In this document: piece by piece, positions 51,234-60,866 of the stretch
Numbering within the stretch: the stretch's first letter is position 1
Layout of the letters: every line of letters begins with the position of its first letter
Assembly (NCBI GenBank): GCA_963768665.1
Contig: CAVYIU010000007.1
Coordinates: 135,308-199,307 of the forward strand
Length of the DNA: 64,000 nucleotides
DNA from: an uncultured Spirochaetota bacterium
GTDB lineage: Bacteria; Spirochaetota; Spirochaetia; SZUA-6; Fen-1364
Reading direction: 5' to 3'
The notes under the pieces: generated by a model
Databases searched by the model: none
The model's input: only the letters and a program-made list of their open reading frames with translations
Told to the model about the DNA's origin: nothing
Program-made: the position numbers and the translations under genes

Positions 51234-52212
51234 CCGTCCCGTACACGGCCTGGCGAAGCCCGGTGATGTACCCGATGGCGAACAGCCGTCCTATGGAGGA
51301 GTACCCCGGCTGGTCGTTGCGGTCCCCTTCCATGGTGGGGACATGGTCGGGACGCAGGACGCCGTCGAAGCCCACGTCGCGGTACGCCTGCATGCAGGCG
51401 AGCATGTCGGTCTTGCCTTCATCGTGAAACGTCTCCACGAACTTCTCCACGGTCCCCTTCACGTCGCGGAAGTGGGCAAAGAAGAGCTTGCCCGCCCTGC
51501 CGAAGGTGCGTATGGCGCCGGGGACGTCGTCGGTCATGAGCGTGAAGTTGCCCTGGCACAGGGCCACGCCGCTCATGGGGCTGGGAACGAGGGCGAGCAT
51601 CCGCTGGAAGTTCTCCACGGACCGCATGATCCTGCCCAGGCCGCGGATCGGGGAGAGGGGAGGGTCATCGGGATGCATGGCGACCTGGACGCCGGCCTTC
51701 TCCGCCACGGGCAGGACCGCCTTGAGGAAGTATTCCAGTGTCTTCCAGAGAGTTTCTTCGCTCACGGTCCCGTGCTCGGTGAGGGGTGCGTTCTTCATGA
51801 GGGAGTGATCGTACCCCGTGGCAAGGGCACCCCCGCGCGCGGGAACCGTGGTGGAAGTGCGCATCCAGTTGAAGAAGGGCATCCACTCGTAGCACCACAC
51901 GGGGATGCCGAGGGCGCCCATGTTTCTCAACAGCTCGCAGACGTTCTCGATCTCCTGGTCGCGCCCCGGCAGGCCGAGCTTTGCCTTGTCCATGGGCGGA
52001 CGGGATTCCAGGACGGCGAGCCGGAAGCCGCCGTCCTCGTAGGCCGATTTCAGCCGGGCGAGGTTCATGTAGCTCCAGGGCAGGTCCTCGCGCGGGCCCG
52101 GCGAGCCCGCCGCTGAAGTCCATGACGCCCACGGCCGTGGTGATGCCGCACTGCCGCGCCATGCGCCACAGGGCGTCGGGGTGGGGGGGGAGGACCTCGG
52201 CGATCTGTATCA
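51217..52212 (-). CDS. uxuA: mannonate dehydratase; one frame break near 52080
   Basis: [40 protein letters not shown] and PGYSSIGRL align by eye with E. coli UxuA. The N-terminus [10 protein letters not shown]... is in another frame. Confidence 0.8.
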
Positions 52213-52261
52213 TGACCGGAGTATGCCCGAAGCCTTTCGGCCATGCTATAGTCCCGGACCT

Positions 52262-53221
52262 ATGGACAGGCTGCGACAATTGCTCGGCGTGATCGGCGCA
52301 CGGCGCCCCGTCTACGTGCAGACGCACGATTTCCCCGACCATGACGCCGTTGCCTCGGCGTTCGGGATGCAGAAGCTGCTGGCGCTGCGGGGGGTGCCGT
52401 CGCGCATCGTCTACGCCGGGGACATCCAGCGCGACTCGCTGAAGCGGATGATCGCCGATATCGCCATCCAGGCTGCCCCGGCCGCCTCGGTGGCGATGTC
52501 TCCCCGGGATCCGGTGGTCATCGTGGACGGGTGCAAGGGGAGCAAGAACGTCACGGACCTGCCGGGGGACGAGGTGGCCGTCATCGACCATCACCTGGTG
52601 GCCAGCCCCGACAACGTGCCCTTCGTCGACATCCGCCCCGACCACGGCGCCTGCGCGACCATGATCCACGGCTACTGGGGAGAGGCGCAGGCGACGGTGC
52701 CGCAGGACGTGGCGACGGCGCTCATGATCGGGATCAACATGGACACGGCGCTCATGACGCGGCAGGTCGGCGTGGAGGACATCAGAGCCTACGCGGATCT
52801 CTACGCCATCGCGGACGTGCGGCTGGAGAACTCCATCCTGCGCAACTCCATCCAGACGAAGGACCTCGTCTTTTTCCGCCACGCCCTCGCGAACGTCGAC
52901 ATCCGCGACGCCCTGGCTTTCTGCTGGTTTCCCGAGGGGTGCAACCAGAATCTCCTGGGCATCCTCGGGGACTTCTTCATCAGCCTCCAGGAAGCGGATT
53001 TCGTGGTGCTCTGCGCACGCAACGCCAACGTGATCAACGTCTCCGTGCGCAGCGAGCGCGAGGAATGGAATGCCTCCCGCGTCGTGCAGCAGGCGCTGTC
53101 GGGGATCGGCTTCGGGGGCGGCCATGCCGACATGGCCGGCGGCATCATACGCGAAACCGGCGGCATCGACGGGACGGGCCTCCAGGCGCGGTTTCGGACG
53201 GCCGTCGAGCTGAAACCATGA
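52262..53221 (+). CDS. DHH/DHHA1 family phosphoesterase (NrnA/DhhP-like)
   Basis: HDFPDHDA (DHH motif I region), VIDHH, and the DHHA1 motif [12 protein letters not shown]. Confidence 0.8.
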   Translation: MDRLRQLLGVIGARRPVYVQTHDFPDHDAVASAFGMQKLLALRGVPSRIVYAGDIQRDSLKRMIADIAIQAAPAASVAMSPRDPVVIVDGCKGSKNVTDLPGDEVAVIDHHLVASPDNVPFVDIRPDHGACATMIHGYWGEAQATVPQDVATALMIGINMDTALMTRQVGVEDIRAYADLYAIADVRLENSILRNSIQTKDLVFFRHALANVDIRDALAFCWFPEGCNQNLLGILGDFFISLQEADFVVLCARNANVINVSVRSEREEWNASRVVQQALSGIGFGGGHADMAGGIIRETGGIDGTGLQARFRTAVELKP

Positions 53222-54573
53222 GCGACCTGGACCGCCTGAACCAGCCGCTCCTTCCCGACCGCCTGGCGGCGCTCAAGGCCCTTGCCGCGCGGGGGCAGGG
53301 CCGTCCATGGCCTCCCCCGGAGAGGAGCGAGGTCAACTGCCACGTGCACACCTTCTACTCCTTCAGCCCCTACTCCCCCTGCGCGGCCGCGTGGCGGGCC
53401 GCTGGCGCCGGCCTCGCGGCGGTCGGCATCATGGACCACGATTCCATGGCCGGGGCCGCGGAGATGAGGGAGGCCGGCGCCATCCTCCCGATCGCCACAA
53501 CGGCAGGCGTGGAGCTGCGCGTGAGCGCCGCCGGCACGGCGCTGGAAGGGCGCCGGATCAACAACCCCGATTCGCTCGGTCTCTTCTACATGATCATCCA
53601 CGGCGTGCCCGCCCGCAGCGTCGGCGCCGTGCAGCGGTTCCTGGCGCCGCTGCAGGCTTCCCGTGAGCGACGGGGCCGACGCATGCTCGATCGTCTCAAC
53701 GGACTCCTCCCCGGGTACGGCTTGCCGCTGCTGGACTGGGACCGGGACGTCCGCGCGGCCTCCCGCGCCACCGACGGCGGCAGCATCACGGAACGCCACA
53801 TCCTCTACGCGGTCGCGCGCAGCATAGTGAGCGCCGTGGGCCGGGGGGCACCGCTCCTGTCCTTCCTCAAGGGTTCAATGGGGATCGACCTTCCGCCGCG
53901 TATCTCCGGCTGGCTCTCCGACCCCGCGAATGACGCCCTTCTCTTCGACCTTCTCGGGATCCTGAAGAGCTCGTTCATGGAGAAGATCTTCCTCCAGCCG
54001 GACGAGTCGGAGTGCGTGCCGGTTTCCGGCGTGGTGCGGCTCGCCGAGGAGGTGGGCGGCATCGCCACGTACGCCTATCTCGGTGACGTGACTGATTCTC
54101 CCACGGGAGACAAGAAGGCGGAACGTTTCGAGGACGCGTACCTCGACGAGCTGATGGTGGAGGTGAAGCGCCTGGGGTTCCGTGCGATTGCCTACATGCC
54201 TCCCCGCAACACCCTCGCCCAGCTGCGGCGCGTGCAGGCGCTCTGCAAGGAGCACGGTTTCATGGAGATCAGCGGCGTTGACATCAACAGCCCGCGGCAG
54301 TCGTTCAACTGCCCCGAGCTCCTGCAGCCGGAATTCCGGCACCTCATGGACGCGACGTGGGCCCTCATAGCCCACGAGAGGCTCGTGGATGCCGATCCGC
54401 GGCTGGGTCTCTTCGCGCCGGACAGCCCCCTTGCCCGCGCGTCGCTGCAGGAGCGTCTCGCGTCCTTCGCGCGCGTCGGCCGGGCGCTCCGGCCGTCCGA
54501 CGCAGGCTCGGCTGCGGACCATCCTCTCGTCACCGGGTGGTGGCGCGGGAGGACAGAACAGAAGGTTATATAA
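53218..54573 (+). CDS. PHP (polymerase/histidinol-phosphatase) domain protein
   Basis: The ATG overlaps the DHH stop (ATGA). [14 protein letters not shown] and GIMDHDS are the N-terminal PHP metal-ligand motifs. Confidence 0.7.
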   Translation: MSDLDRLNQPLLPDRLAALKALAARGQGRPWPPPERSEVNCHVHTFYSFSPYSPCAAAWRAAGAGLAAVGIMDHDSMAGAAEMREAGAILPIATTAGVELRVSAAGTALEGRRINNPDSLGLFYMIIHGVPARSVGAVQRFLAPLQASRERRGRRMLDRLNGLLPGYGLPLLDWDRDVRAASRATDGGSITERHILYAVARSIVSAVGRGAPLLSFLKGSMGIDLPPRISGWLSDPANDALLFDLLGILKSSFMEKIFLQPDESECVPVSGVVRLAEEVGGIATYAYLGDVTDSPTGDKKAERFEDAYLDELMVEVKRLGFRAIAYMPPRNTLAQLRRVQALCKEHGFMEISGVDINSPRQSFNCPELLQPEFRHLMDATWALIAHERLVDADPRLGLFAPDSPLARASLQERLASFARVGRALRPSDAGSAADHPLVTGWWRGRTEQKVI

Positions 54574-54625
54574 CGTTCACCGTCGGTCTATAGCGGCCGG
54601 AAGCGTTCCCGGGTACGCTATTGGC

Positions 54626-56099
54626 ATGAAGACCACAAGTGTCCGATTCCTGGACGGTATCCGGCTGCCTCGCGGATTGAAAATCGCCGCAGCCCTCGCG
54701 GGCTTCGGCCTCGCTGTCGCCGCCGGCTGTTTCGCCGCAACGGGCGCAACAGCCGCGCCGGCGCCCGCCGCCGCGCAGGCCACCGGCGAGGTGGTAACGC
54801 TCGCCCAGTGTGTCGAACAGGTGATGGCTTCCGGCCCCGACATGAAGATCTCGGCGGCCACCCTTTCCGCGGCCCGGGCGCAATACGTCCAGGCGGCCGC
54901 CGCCAACGGCGTCGGCTTGAACGGGACCCTTTCCGCGAATCGCTCGCCGACGACGACCGGGTACCTCCAAGGGGTTCCGGTGCAGAGCAGCCTGGACACC
55001 TTCCAGGCGGGCCTGGACCTGAACGCGCCCCTCTCGACCGCGGTCAGCCTGTCGGCTTCCCACTCCATCACCGAGGAGAGCTCACCCCACCAGGTCACCA
55101 CGGTCTCCGTGGGCGCCAACACCACCCTGTGGGACGGCTACCCCGGCGGACAGGCTCTCGGGGCTGCCCAGGAAGCGGCCCTCGCGCTCCAGGTCACGCA
55201 GAGCTCGGAGAGCGCCAACCAGAAGAACGCCATCTACCAGGTGAAACAGGACTACTACACGCTCCTCGGCCAGCAGGGACAGATCGGCATCCTGCAGCAG
55301 ACACTCACGCAGAGGCAGGAAGAGCTCAAAAAGACGCAGGCGCTCATCGACGCGGAGAGCGCGAGCCAGATCGACCTGAAACAGGCGCAGGTGAACCTGG
55401 TCCAGGCTCAGCTCGACCTGGCCAAGGCGCAGGACACCCTCGAGGTGGACCGCGAACAGCTCTCGGCCGTCATGGGATGGCCGCTGGACCGGGTGTACAC
55501 CGTGGCCGAAGTGCAGGGACTGCAGGCCCCGTCGGTGAGTGTGGAGGACGCCGTGAAAACGGCCCTTGCCAACCGGCAGGACCTGCGGCAGATCCAGCTC
55601 AACCTGCCGGTCCGGGGAGATAGCGCTGGCCCTGAACAAGGGGCAGGCGAGCCCGACCGTCATCGTGAACACGGGGCTGGACTTCTCCCAGGACTGGACT
55701 TTGAGCGCCAACCAGCTCAATTTCAGGGCGGGCGTGTCAGTGAAGGCGCCCGTCATCGACCCGGGTTCCATTCGCGGTCTCGTTGAGCAGGCGTCCTTCC
55801 AGAACGAGAAGCTTCGCGTGCAGCAGGACCAGCTCGTGGCGACGATCAAGACCAGCGTGAAGAGCGCCGCCTATGCCCTGCGCGATCTCCAGGCAAGGGC
55901 AGATCTTGCCGCGCAGAGCCTGGACCTCGCGCAGAGCCAGTACGACCTGACGAAGCTTCAATTCGACAGCGGGGTGAGCTCCAACCTCGACGTGCTGACC
56001 GCGTCCGTTGCGCTGACCACGGCGCAGGTCAACCTTGCCGCGGCGCGGAGCGCCGCCCAGCTCGGGGTGCTGGCGTTGCAGAACGCAATGGGCAATTAG
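54626..56099 (+). CDS. TolC-family outer-membrane efflux lipoprotein; one frame break near 55600
   Basis: Lipobox VAAGC. Duplicated OEP helical repeats (Q...Y..A.....G.....L, DLKQAQVNLVQAQLDLAKAQ, NLDVLTASVALTTAQVNLAAARS). Confidence 0.82.
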
Positions 56100-56117
56100 G
56101 CCCGGAAGGAACCGAAT

Positions 56118-57416
56118 ATGAAAAAGGGACGAAGGGCAGCAGTCATCATCGCGGTGATCGTCGTTGTCGTGGCAGGGGGGCTGCTGCTCCTCCGCGGAAG
56201 GATCTCCCCCGCGACGCAGCAGGCAACGGCGGCCCAGGCCGCGGCCGCGCTGAATATCGTGAAGGTGACCAAGGGGAACCTCACGGCATCGGTGACAGCC
56301 TCGGGGCAGTTCCAGCCCAACACCATCACGACCATCCGGCCTGACTCCAACATGCCGACACGCAAGCTGGTTGCCCTCTCCGTGAAGGAGGGCGACAAGG
56401 TGAAGGCGGGGCAGGCGCTGGCCGAGGTCGATCCCTCGGGCCTCCAGTTCAACCTGCAGAGCGCCCGGGCCAGTCTCCAGTCGCAACAGGTGAAGCTGGC
56501 CAATCTCCAGGCCAAGCCGCAGGGCATGGACGTTGCCGCGGCGGAGGCGAGCCTCGCCGCGGCGAAGAACGCCCTGGATACCGCACAGGAGAACGACGAC
56601 AACACCAAGAGCCTGTTCGACAAGGACCTGACCTCCAGGAACAGCCTCGCGGACGCGGACCGCGCCCTCCAGGTGGCCAAGGTCTCCTACACGTCGGCCC
56701 AGCTCTCCTACCAGAACGTCGCGGCGCAGAACGCGGACGCGGACATCCAGGCCCAGCAGGCGGCCGTTTCCTCCGCGCAGAGCGACCTGGAGACGGCGCA
56801 GCTCATCTACGACTCCATCACCATCAGGAGCCCTGTTGCCGGCGTGGTGGCGGAAATCAACGTGAATATCGGGGACCTGATCAGCCCGAGCACGGCGCTG
56901 ATGACCGTCATCGATCCGGACCCCATGTGGCTGGAAGCCCAGGTGAATGAGAACGACATGGTCGAGGTCAAGGTGGGGCAGAGAGCCACCGTGACCCCGT
57001 CGGGATATCCCGATCTCAGCATTCCCTCGAAGGTCATCGCCATCGACCTGCACGCGTCGGTGGTGAACAACGTGTCGGTCTTTACCACGACGATCGAGGT
57101 GCCCAACAAGGACGGCAAGATCCTCTGGGGCATGAACGCGGATGCCGACATCTCCGTTCTCGCCCTGAACAACGTGCTCACCCTGCCGGCGGCGGCCATC
57201 AAGACGTCCAACGGCACCAGCACGGTGACCATCCTCGACGGCGGGCAGCAGGTCTCGTGGGAAGTGCAGACCGGCGCCACGGACGGGTCGCGGACGCAGA
57301 TCGTGGCGGGGCTCGATGAGGGAACCGAGGTCGTCATCGCGCGCAAGGCGACCACCGGCAGCACCGCGGCGCGCGGCGGGCCCGGCATGGGCGCCGTGTT
57401 CGGGATACTGAGGTAA
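56118..57416 (+). CDS. macA: periplasmic adaptor (HlyD/MacA-type membrane fusion protein)
   Basis: Intact 432-aa ORF with an N-terminal TM helix, lipoyl/beta-barrel motifs (KVKAGQALAEVD, IRSPVAGVVAEINV..GD) and a long coiled-coil hairpin. Confidence 0.82.
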   Translation: MKKGRRAAVIIAVIVVVVAGGLLLLRGRISPATQQATAAQAAAALNIVKVTKGNLTASVTASGQFQPNTITTIRPDSNMPTRKLVALSVKEGDKVKAGQALAEVDPSGLQFNLQSARASLQSQQVKLANLQAKPQGMDVAAAEASLAAAKNALDTAQENDDNTKSLFDKDLTSRNSLADADRALQVAKVSYTSAQLSYQNVAAQNADADIQAQQAAVSSAQSDLETAQLIYDSITIRSPVAGVVAEINVNIGDLISPSTALMTVIDPDPMWLEAQVNENDMVEVKVGQRATVTPSGYPDLSIPSKVIAIDLHASVVNNVSVFTTTIEVPNKDGKILWGMNADADISVLALNNVLTLPAAAIKTSNGTSTVTILDGGQQVSWEVQTGATDGSRTQIVAGLDEGTEVVIARKATTGSTAARGGPGMGAVFGILR

Positions 57417-57425
57417 GGGGGCGGT

Positions 57426-59420
57426 ATGGGACGCGCCCTCATCGTCACGGAAAACCTCTCCAAGACCTACGACACCGGGACGGTGGAAGTCCACGCGCTG
57501 CAGGGCGTGTCGGTCACGCTGGAAGAAGGCGAGTTCGTCGCCGTCATGGGACCTTCCGGTTCGGGGAAGTCGACATTCCTCAATCTCCTCGGGTGTCTCG
57601 ATCATCCCTCGGGCGGCAGGTATATCCTGGACGGCACCGACGTTTCCACGATGAGCGACGACCAGCTCGCTGCGGTCCGCAGCAAGTCCATCGGGTTCGT
57701 CTTCCAGGGATTCAATCTCCTGCAGAGGACCAGCGCGGAACGCAATATCGAGCTGCCCCTGATCTACACGGGGGAGCGGCGGCGTTCCACGCCGGCGCAC
57801 GCCCTCCTGGAGGCGGTGGGCCTCCCGCAGCGCGGGAGCCACAACCCCAACGAGCTGTCCGGCGGAGAGCAGCAGAGGGTCGCCATCGCGCGCTCGCTGG
57901 TGAACTCCCCCGCGATCATCCTTGCCGACGAGCCCACGGGGAACCTCGACAGCCGCATGAGCGACGAGATCATGGACATCTTCCTCAGCCTCAACAGGGC
58001 GGGCATCACGATCCTCATGGTGACGCACGAGGAGAGCGTTGCCGCGTACGCAAAGAGGCTGATCAAGTTCAAGGACGGTGTCATCGTCTCGGACGAGCCC
58101 ATGCCGAACCCCAGGCCCATGACCGGGGCCGGGATCGACGTCGAAAAGATTCGCCAGGTGACCACCCGTTCTTCCAAGGCGAGGAGAAGCATCTTCAGCC
58201 TCGGTGAGCTGTGGGAGAACGTGCGCTCGGCGGCACGGTCCCTGCTGCAGAACAAGATGCGCGCGGTCCTTACCATCCTGGGGATCCTCATCGGGGTCGG
58301 GGCCGTGATTGCCATGGTCTCCGTGGGCCAGGGCGCGACGGCCGGCGTCACGCAGAGGATCCAGGGGCTGGGGAGCAACTTTCTCACGGTCACGCCCGGG
58401 AGCGCAAACGTGGGCGGCGTCCGCCAGGGATTCGGCTCCGTGAGCACCCTGACCATTGACGATGCCGCCGCGATCAAGACCGAGGTGCCGAACATCGTCG
58501 GGGTGGAGCCCGAAAACAACGCGCGCCAGCAGCTCAAGTACCAGAAGAACAACTGGAACACGTCCCTCACGGGGACGACCGCCGACTATTCCGCCGTCCG
58601 CAACTGGGATGTTTCCGCCGGCGCGTTCTTCACGGACGAGGATAACAGGGCCAAGCGGAACGTGGTGGTCCTGGGCCAGGACGTCGTGGACAACCTTTTC
58701 GCGGACCAGGACCCGATCGGGAAAAGCGTGAAGATCGGGAGCGCGAGCTTCAAGGTCGTCGGCGTGCTGGTAAAGAAGGGCGCCGGCGGCGGGTTCTTCA
58801 GCCAGGACGACACCGCCCTCATTCCCATCAACACGATGTACGCGCGCTTCCGGCACCAGAAGGACGTGCGCAGCATTGGAGTCACGGCGACGGACAAGGA
58901 CCACCTGGACCAGGTGAAGGCCGACATCACGGCCCTGCTCGAGCAGCGGCACAAGATCCAGGAAGGGGCCGCGGATGACTTCTCCATTGTCACCCAGCAG
59001 GACGTCCTGCAGACCGTGCAGGGGGTGTCGCAGATCATGACCATCCTGCTGGGGGCCATCGGCGGCATCAGCCTCCTGGTGGGCGGCATCGGCATCATGA
59101 ACATCATGCTGGTCTCGGTGACGGAACGCACGCGGGAGATCGGGATCAGGAAGGCCCTGGGCGCCCGGCGGCGCGACATCATGGCGCAATTCCTCGTCGA
59201 GGCAATCATCCTCTCGGGACTCGGCGGACTCCTCGGGTGGGGTCTCGGGGCGCTGGCATCGCAGCTGATAAGCCGGTTCGGAGGGATGACAGCCATCCTC
59301 ACGGTGGGAACCGTCGGCCTCGCGCTCGGGTTCTCGGTCGCAGTCGGTTTGTTCTTCGGGATCTATCCCGCGCGAAAGGCGTCGCGCATGGATCCCATTC
59401 AAGCGCTTCATTTCGAATAG
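57426..59420 (+). CDS. macB: MacB-type fused ABC ATPase-permease
   Basis: GPSGSGKST, LSGGEQQRVAIARSL, ILADEPTGNLD, then a FtsX-type permease with a large periplasmic domain and four TM helices. Confidence 0.9.
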   Translation: MGRALIVTENLSKTYDTGTVEVHALQGVSVTLEEGEFVAVMGPSGSGKSTFLNLLGCLDHPSGGRYILDGTDVSTMSDDQLAAVRSKSIGFVFQGFNLLQRTSAERNIELPLIYTGERRRSTPAHALLEAVGLPQRGSHNPNELSGGEQQRVAIARSLVNSPAIILADEPTGNLDSRMSDEIMDIFLSLNRAGITILMVTHEESVAAYAKRLIKFKDGVIVSDEPMPNPRPMTGAGIDVEKIRQVTTRSSKARRSIFSLGELWENVRSAARSLLQNKMRAVLTILGILIGVGAVIAMVSVGQGATAGVTQRIQGLGSNFLTVTPGSANVGGVRQGFGSVSTLTIDDAAAIKTEVPNIVGVEPENNARQQLKYQKNNWNTSLTGTTADYSAVRNWDVSAGAFFTDEDNRAKRNVVVLGQDVVDNLFADQDPIGKSVKIGSASFKVVGVLVKKGAGGGFFSQDDTALIPINTMYARFRHQKDVRSIGVTATDKDHLDQVKADITALLEQRHKIQEGAADDFSIVTQQDVLQTVQGVSQIMTILLGAIGGISLLVGGIGIMNIMLVSVTERTREIGIRKALGARRRDIMAQFLVEAIILSGLGGLLGWGLGALASQLISRFGGMTAILTVGTVGLALGFSVAVGLFFGIYPARKASRMDPIQALHFE

Positions 59421-59429
59421 GAGATGCTC

Positions 59430-60173
59430 ATGAGAGTGACGACATATCGTGTCATGGGGGTGCTCGCCGTGGCGGCAGCGCTCGCGGCTGCTCCTGCAGC
59501 CTCGGCGCAGGCGACCGGGCCGGGCGCCGGGGGAGCTCCCCGGCAGGGGTTCTCCGTGCCCGTGCTCATCAGCCAGCTCTCCCTGTACCTGCCCGAGGAA
59601 TCGACGCAGGGGCTCGGCTTCGGCTTCGGCCGCGGCGGCGGAGGCGGGCAGGGCGGCGCGGGCCAGGGTGCCGGCGCTGCAGCGGGGCAGAGCGCCGGCG
59701 GGGCAACGGCACAAGGCGCGCAGGCCGGCACGGGCGCCGCCGCGGGCGCGCAGCGATTCCGCCAGCTTTTCCAGTACACGCGGGATCCCAAGCTTTACTA
59801 CACGAAGGACCAGATCACGAAGCTCCTGCCGATCCTCCAGGGTCTGCGCGACAACCCCATCCTGACCCCGTCCAAGGCGAAGGATCTCCAGGCCAGCATC
59901 GATGCGCTGCTCAGCGTCGCCCAGAAGGCGGAATACGCGGACTACCAGAAGCAGATGCAGAAGGCAATCGACGAGATCCGCAAGCAGTTCGCCGCCAGCG
60001 GCTCCGGCGGCACGGGGGCCGGCGGGGGCGGTGCTGCCGGGGCGCAGGCAGGGCAGGCCGGCAGCCAGCAGCAGGGTGGCGGCGCGCAGCTGACGCCTAC
60101 CCAGCGCGCGCAGCGCCAGCTGGACGCGTTCATCAAGGTGCTGCAGGATCGGCAGAAGCAGGTGGGTGCATAG
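59430..60173 (+). CDS. secreted Gly/Ala/Gln-rich low-complexity protein with one LTxxQ motif (function unknown)
   Basis: ATG 6 nt after AGGAG. Signal peptide ending AAPAASAQA. Two G/A/Q tracts flank a helical segment. LTPTQRAQRQLDAF lies near the C-terminus. Confidence 0.6.
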   Translation: MRVTTYRVMGVLAVAAALAAAPAASAQATGPGAGGAPRQGFSVPVLISQLSLYLPEESTQGLGFGFGRGGGGGQGGAGQGAGAAAGQSAGGATAQGAQAGTGAAAGAQRFRQLFQYTRDPKLYYTKDQITKLLPILQGLRDNPILTPSKAKDLQASIDALLSVAQKAEYADYQKQMQKAIDEIRKQFAASGSGGTGAGGGGAAGAQAGQAGSQQQGGGAQLTPTQRAQRQLDAFIKVLQDRQKQVGA

Positions 60174-60866
60174 ATGCAGGCAAAGATTCTCATCATCGAA
60201 GACGTGAAGGAAATGGCGGACCTCGTGCGGCTCTACCTCCAGAAGGAGGGAATGGACGCCACGGTGTGCGAGAGCGGGGAGACCGGCCTGGAGGAGTTCG
60301 CGCGCGAGCGCTTCGACCTCGTCGTTCTCGACATCAACCTGCCGGGCATCGACGGGTTCGAGATCCTCCAGAGGATCCGCAAGGCGAGCACAGTGCCCGT
60401 CATGATCGTTTCCGCCCGGGACGCGGACGAGGACATGATCCTGGGGCTGGGCATCGGGGCGGACGAGTTCGTGACGAAGCCCTTCTCCCCGAAGGTCCTC
60501 GTGGCGCGGGCGCGCGCGATGCTGCGCCGGGCCTCCGACCTGAAGGCGAGCCCCAACTGCGTGAAGTTCGGCGACTTCGTCCTGGACATCGACGGCTACC
60601 TGCTGAAGAGGGCCGGGGAAAAGGTGGCGCTGTCGTCGAAGGAGTTCGAGGTGCTCGCCTACCTCGCCACGCATCCGGGAAAGGCCATGACGCCGGACAC
60701 GATCTACGCCGAGGTCTGGAGGAACCAGTACGGGGACATCACCGCCGTCGCGGTCTACATCCAGCGGCTGCGCAAGAAGATCGAGGCAGATCCCTCCGCG
60801 CCGGTCTTCATAGAGACGGTGCACGGCATGGGATACCGTTTCAACGCGGACGCGGTCCACGCATGA
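60174..60866 (+). CDS. OmpR/PhoB-family response regulator
   Basis: ILIIED...DLVVLDINLPGIDG (receiver domain, phospho-Asp) and the winged-helix C-terminus (EFEVLAYLA..PG......I...VW, TVHGMGYRF). Confidence 0.92.
   Translation: MQAKILIIEDVKEMADLVRLYLQKEGMDATVCESGETGLEEFARERFDLVVLDINLPGIDGFEILQRIRKASTVPVMIVSARDADEDMILGLGIGADEFVTKPFSPKVLVARARAMLRRASDLKASPNCVKFGDFVLDIDGYLLKRAGEKVALSSKEFEVLAYLATHPGKAMTPDTIYAEVWRNQYGDITAVAVYIQRLRKKIEADPSAPVFIETVHGMGYRFNADAVHA

Noticed and set aside
55737-60860. 1707-aa minus-strand ORF spanning the whole efflux/two-component operon
   Set aside because: It is antisense to five plus-strand genes with unmistakable family motifs (TolC, MacA, MacB Walker motifs, response-regulator receiver). 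Its translation is Arg/Gly/Pro/His-rich with no recognisable domain. Long stop-free antisense frames are expected in GC3-rich DNA.
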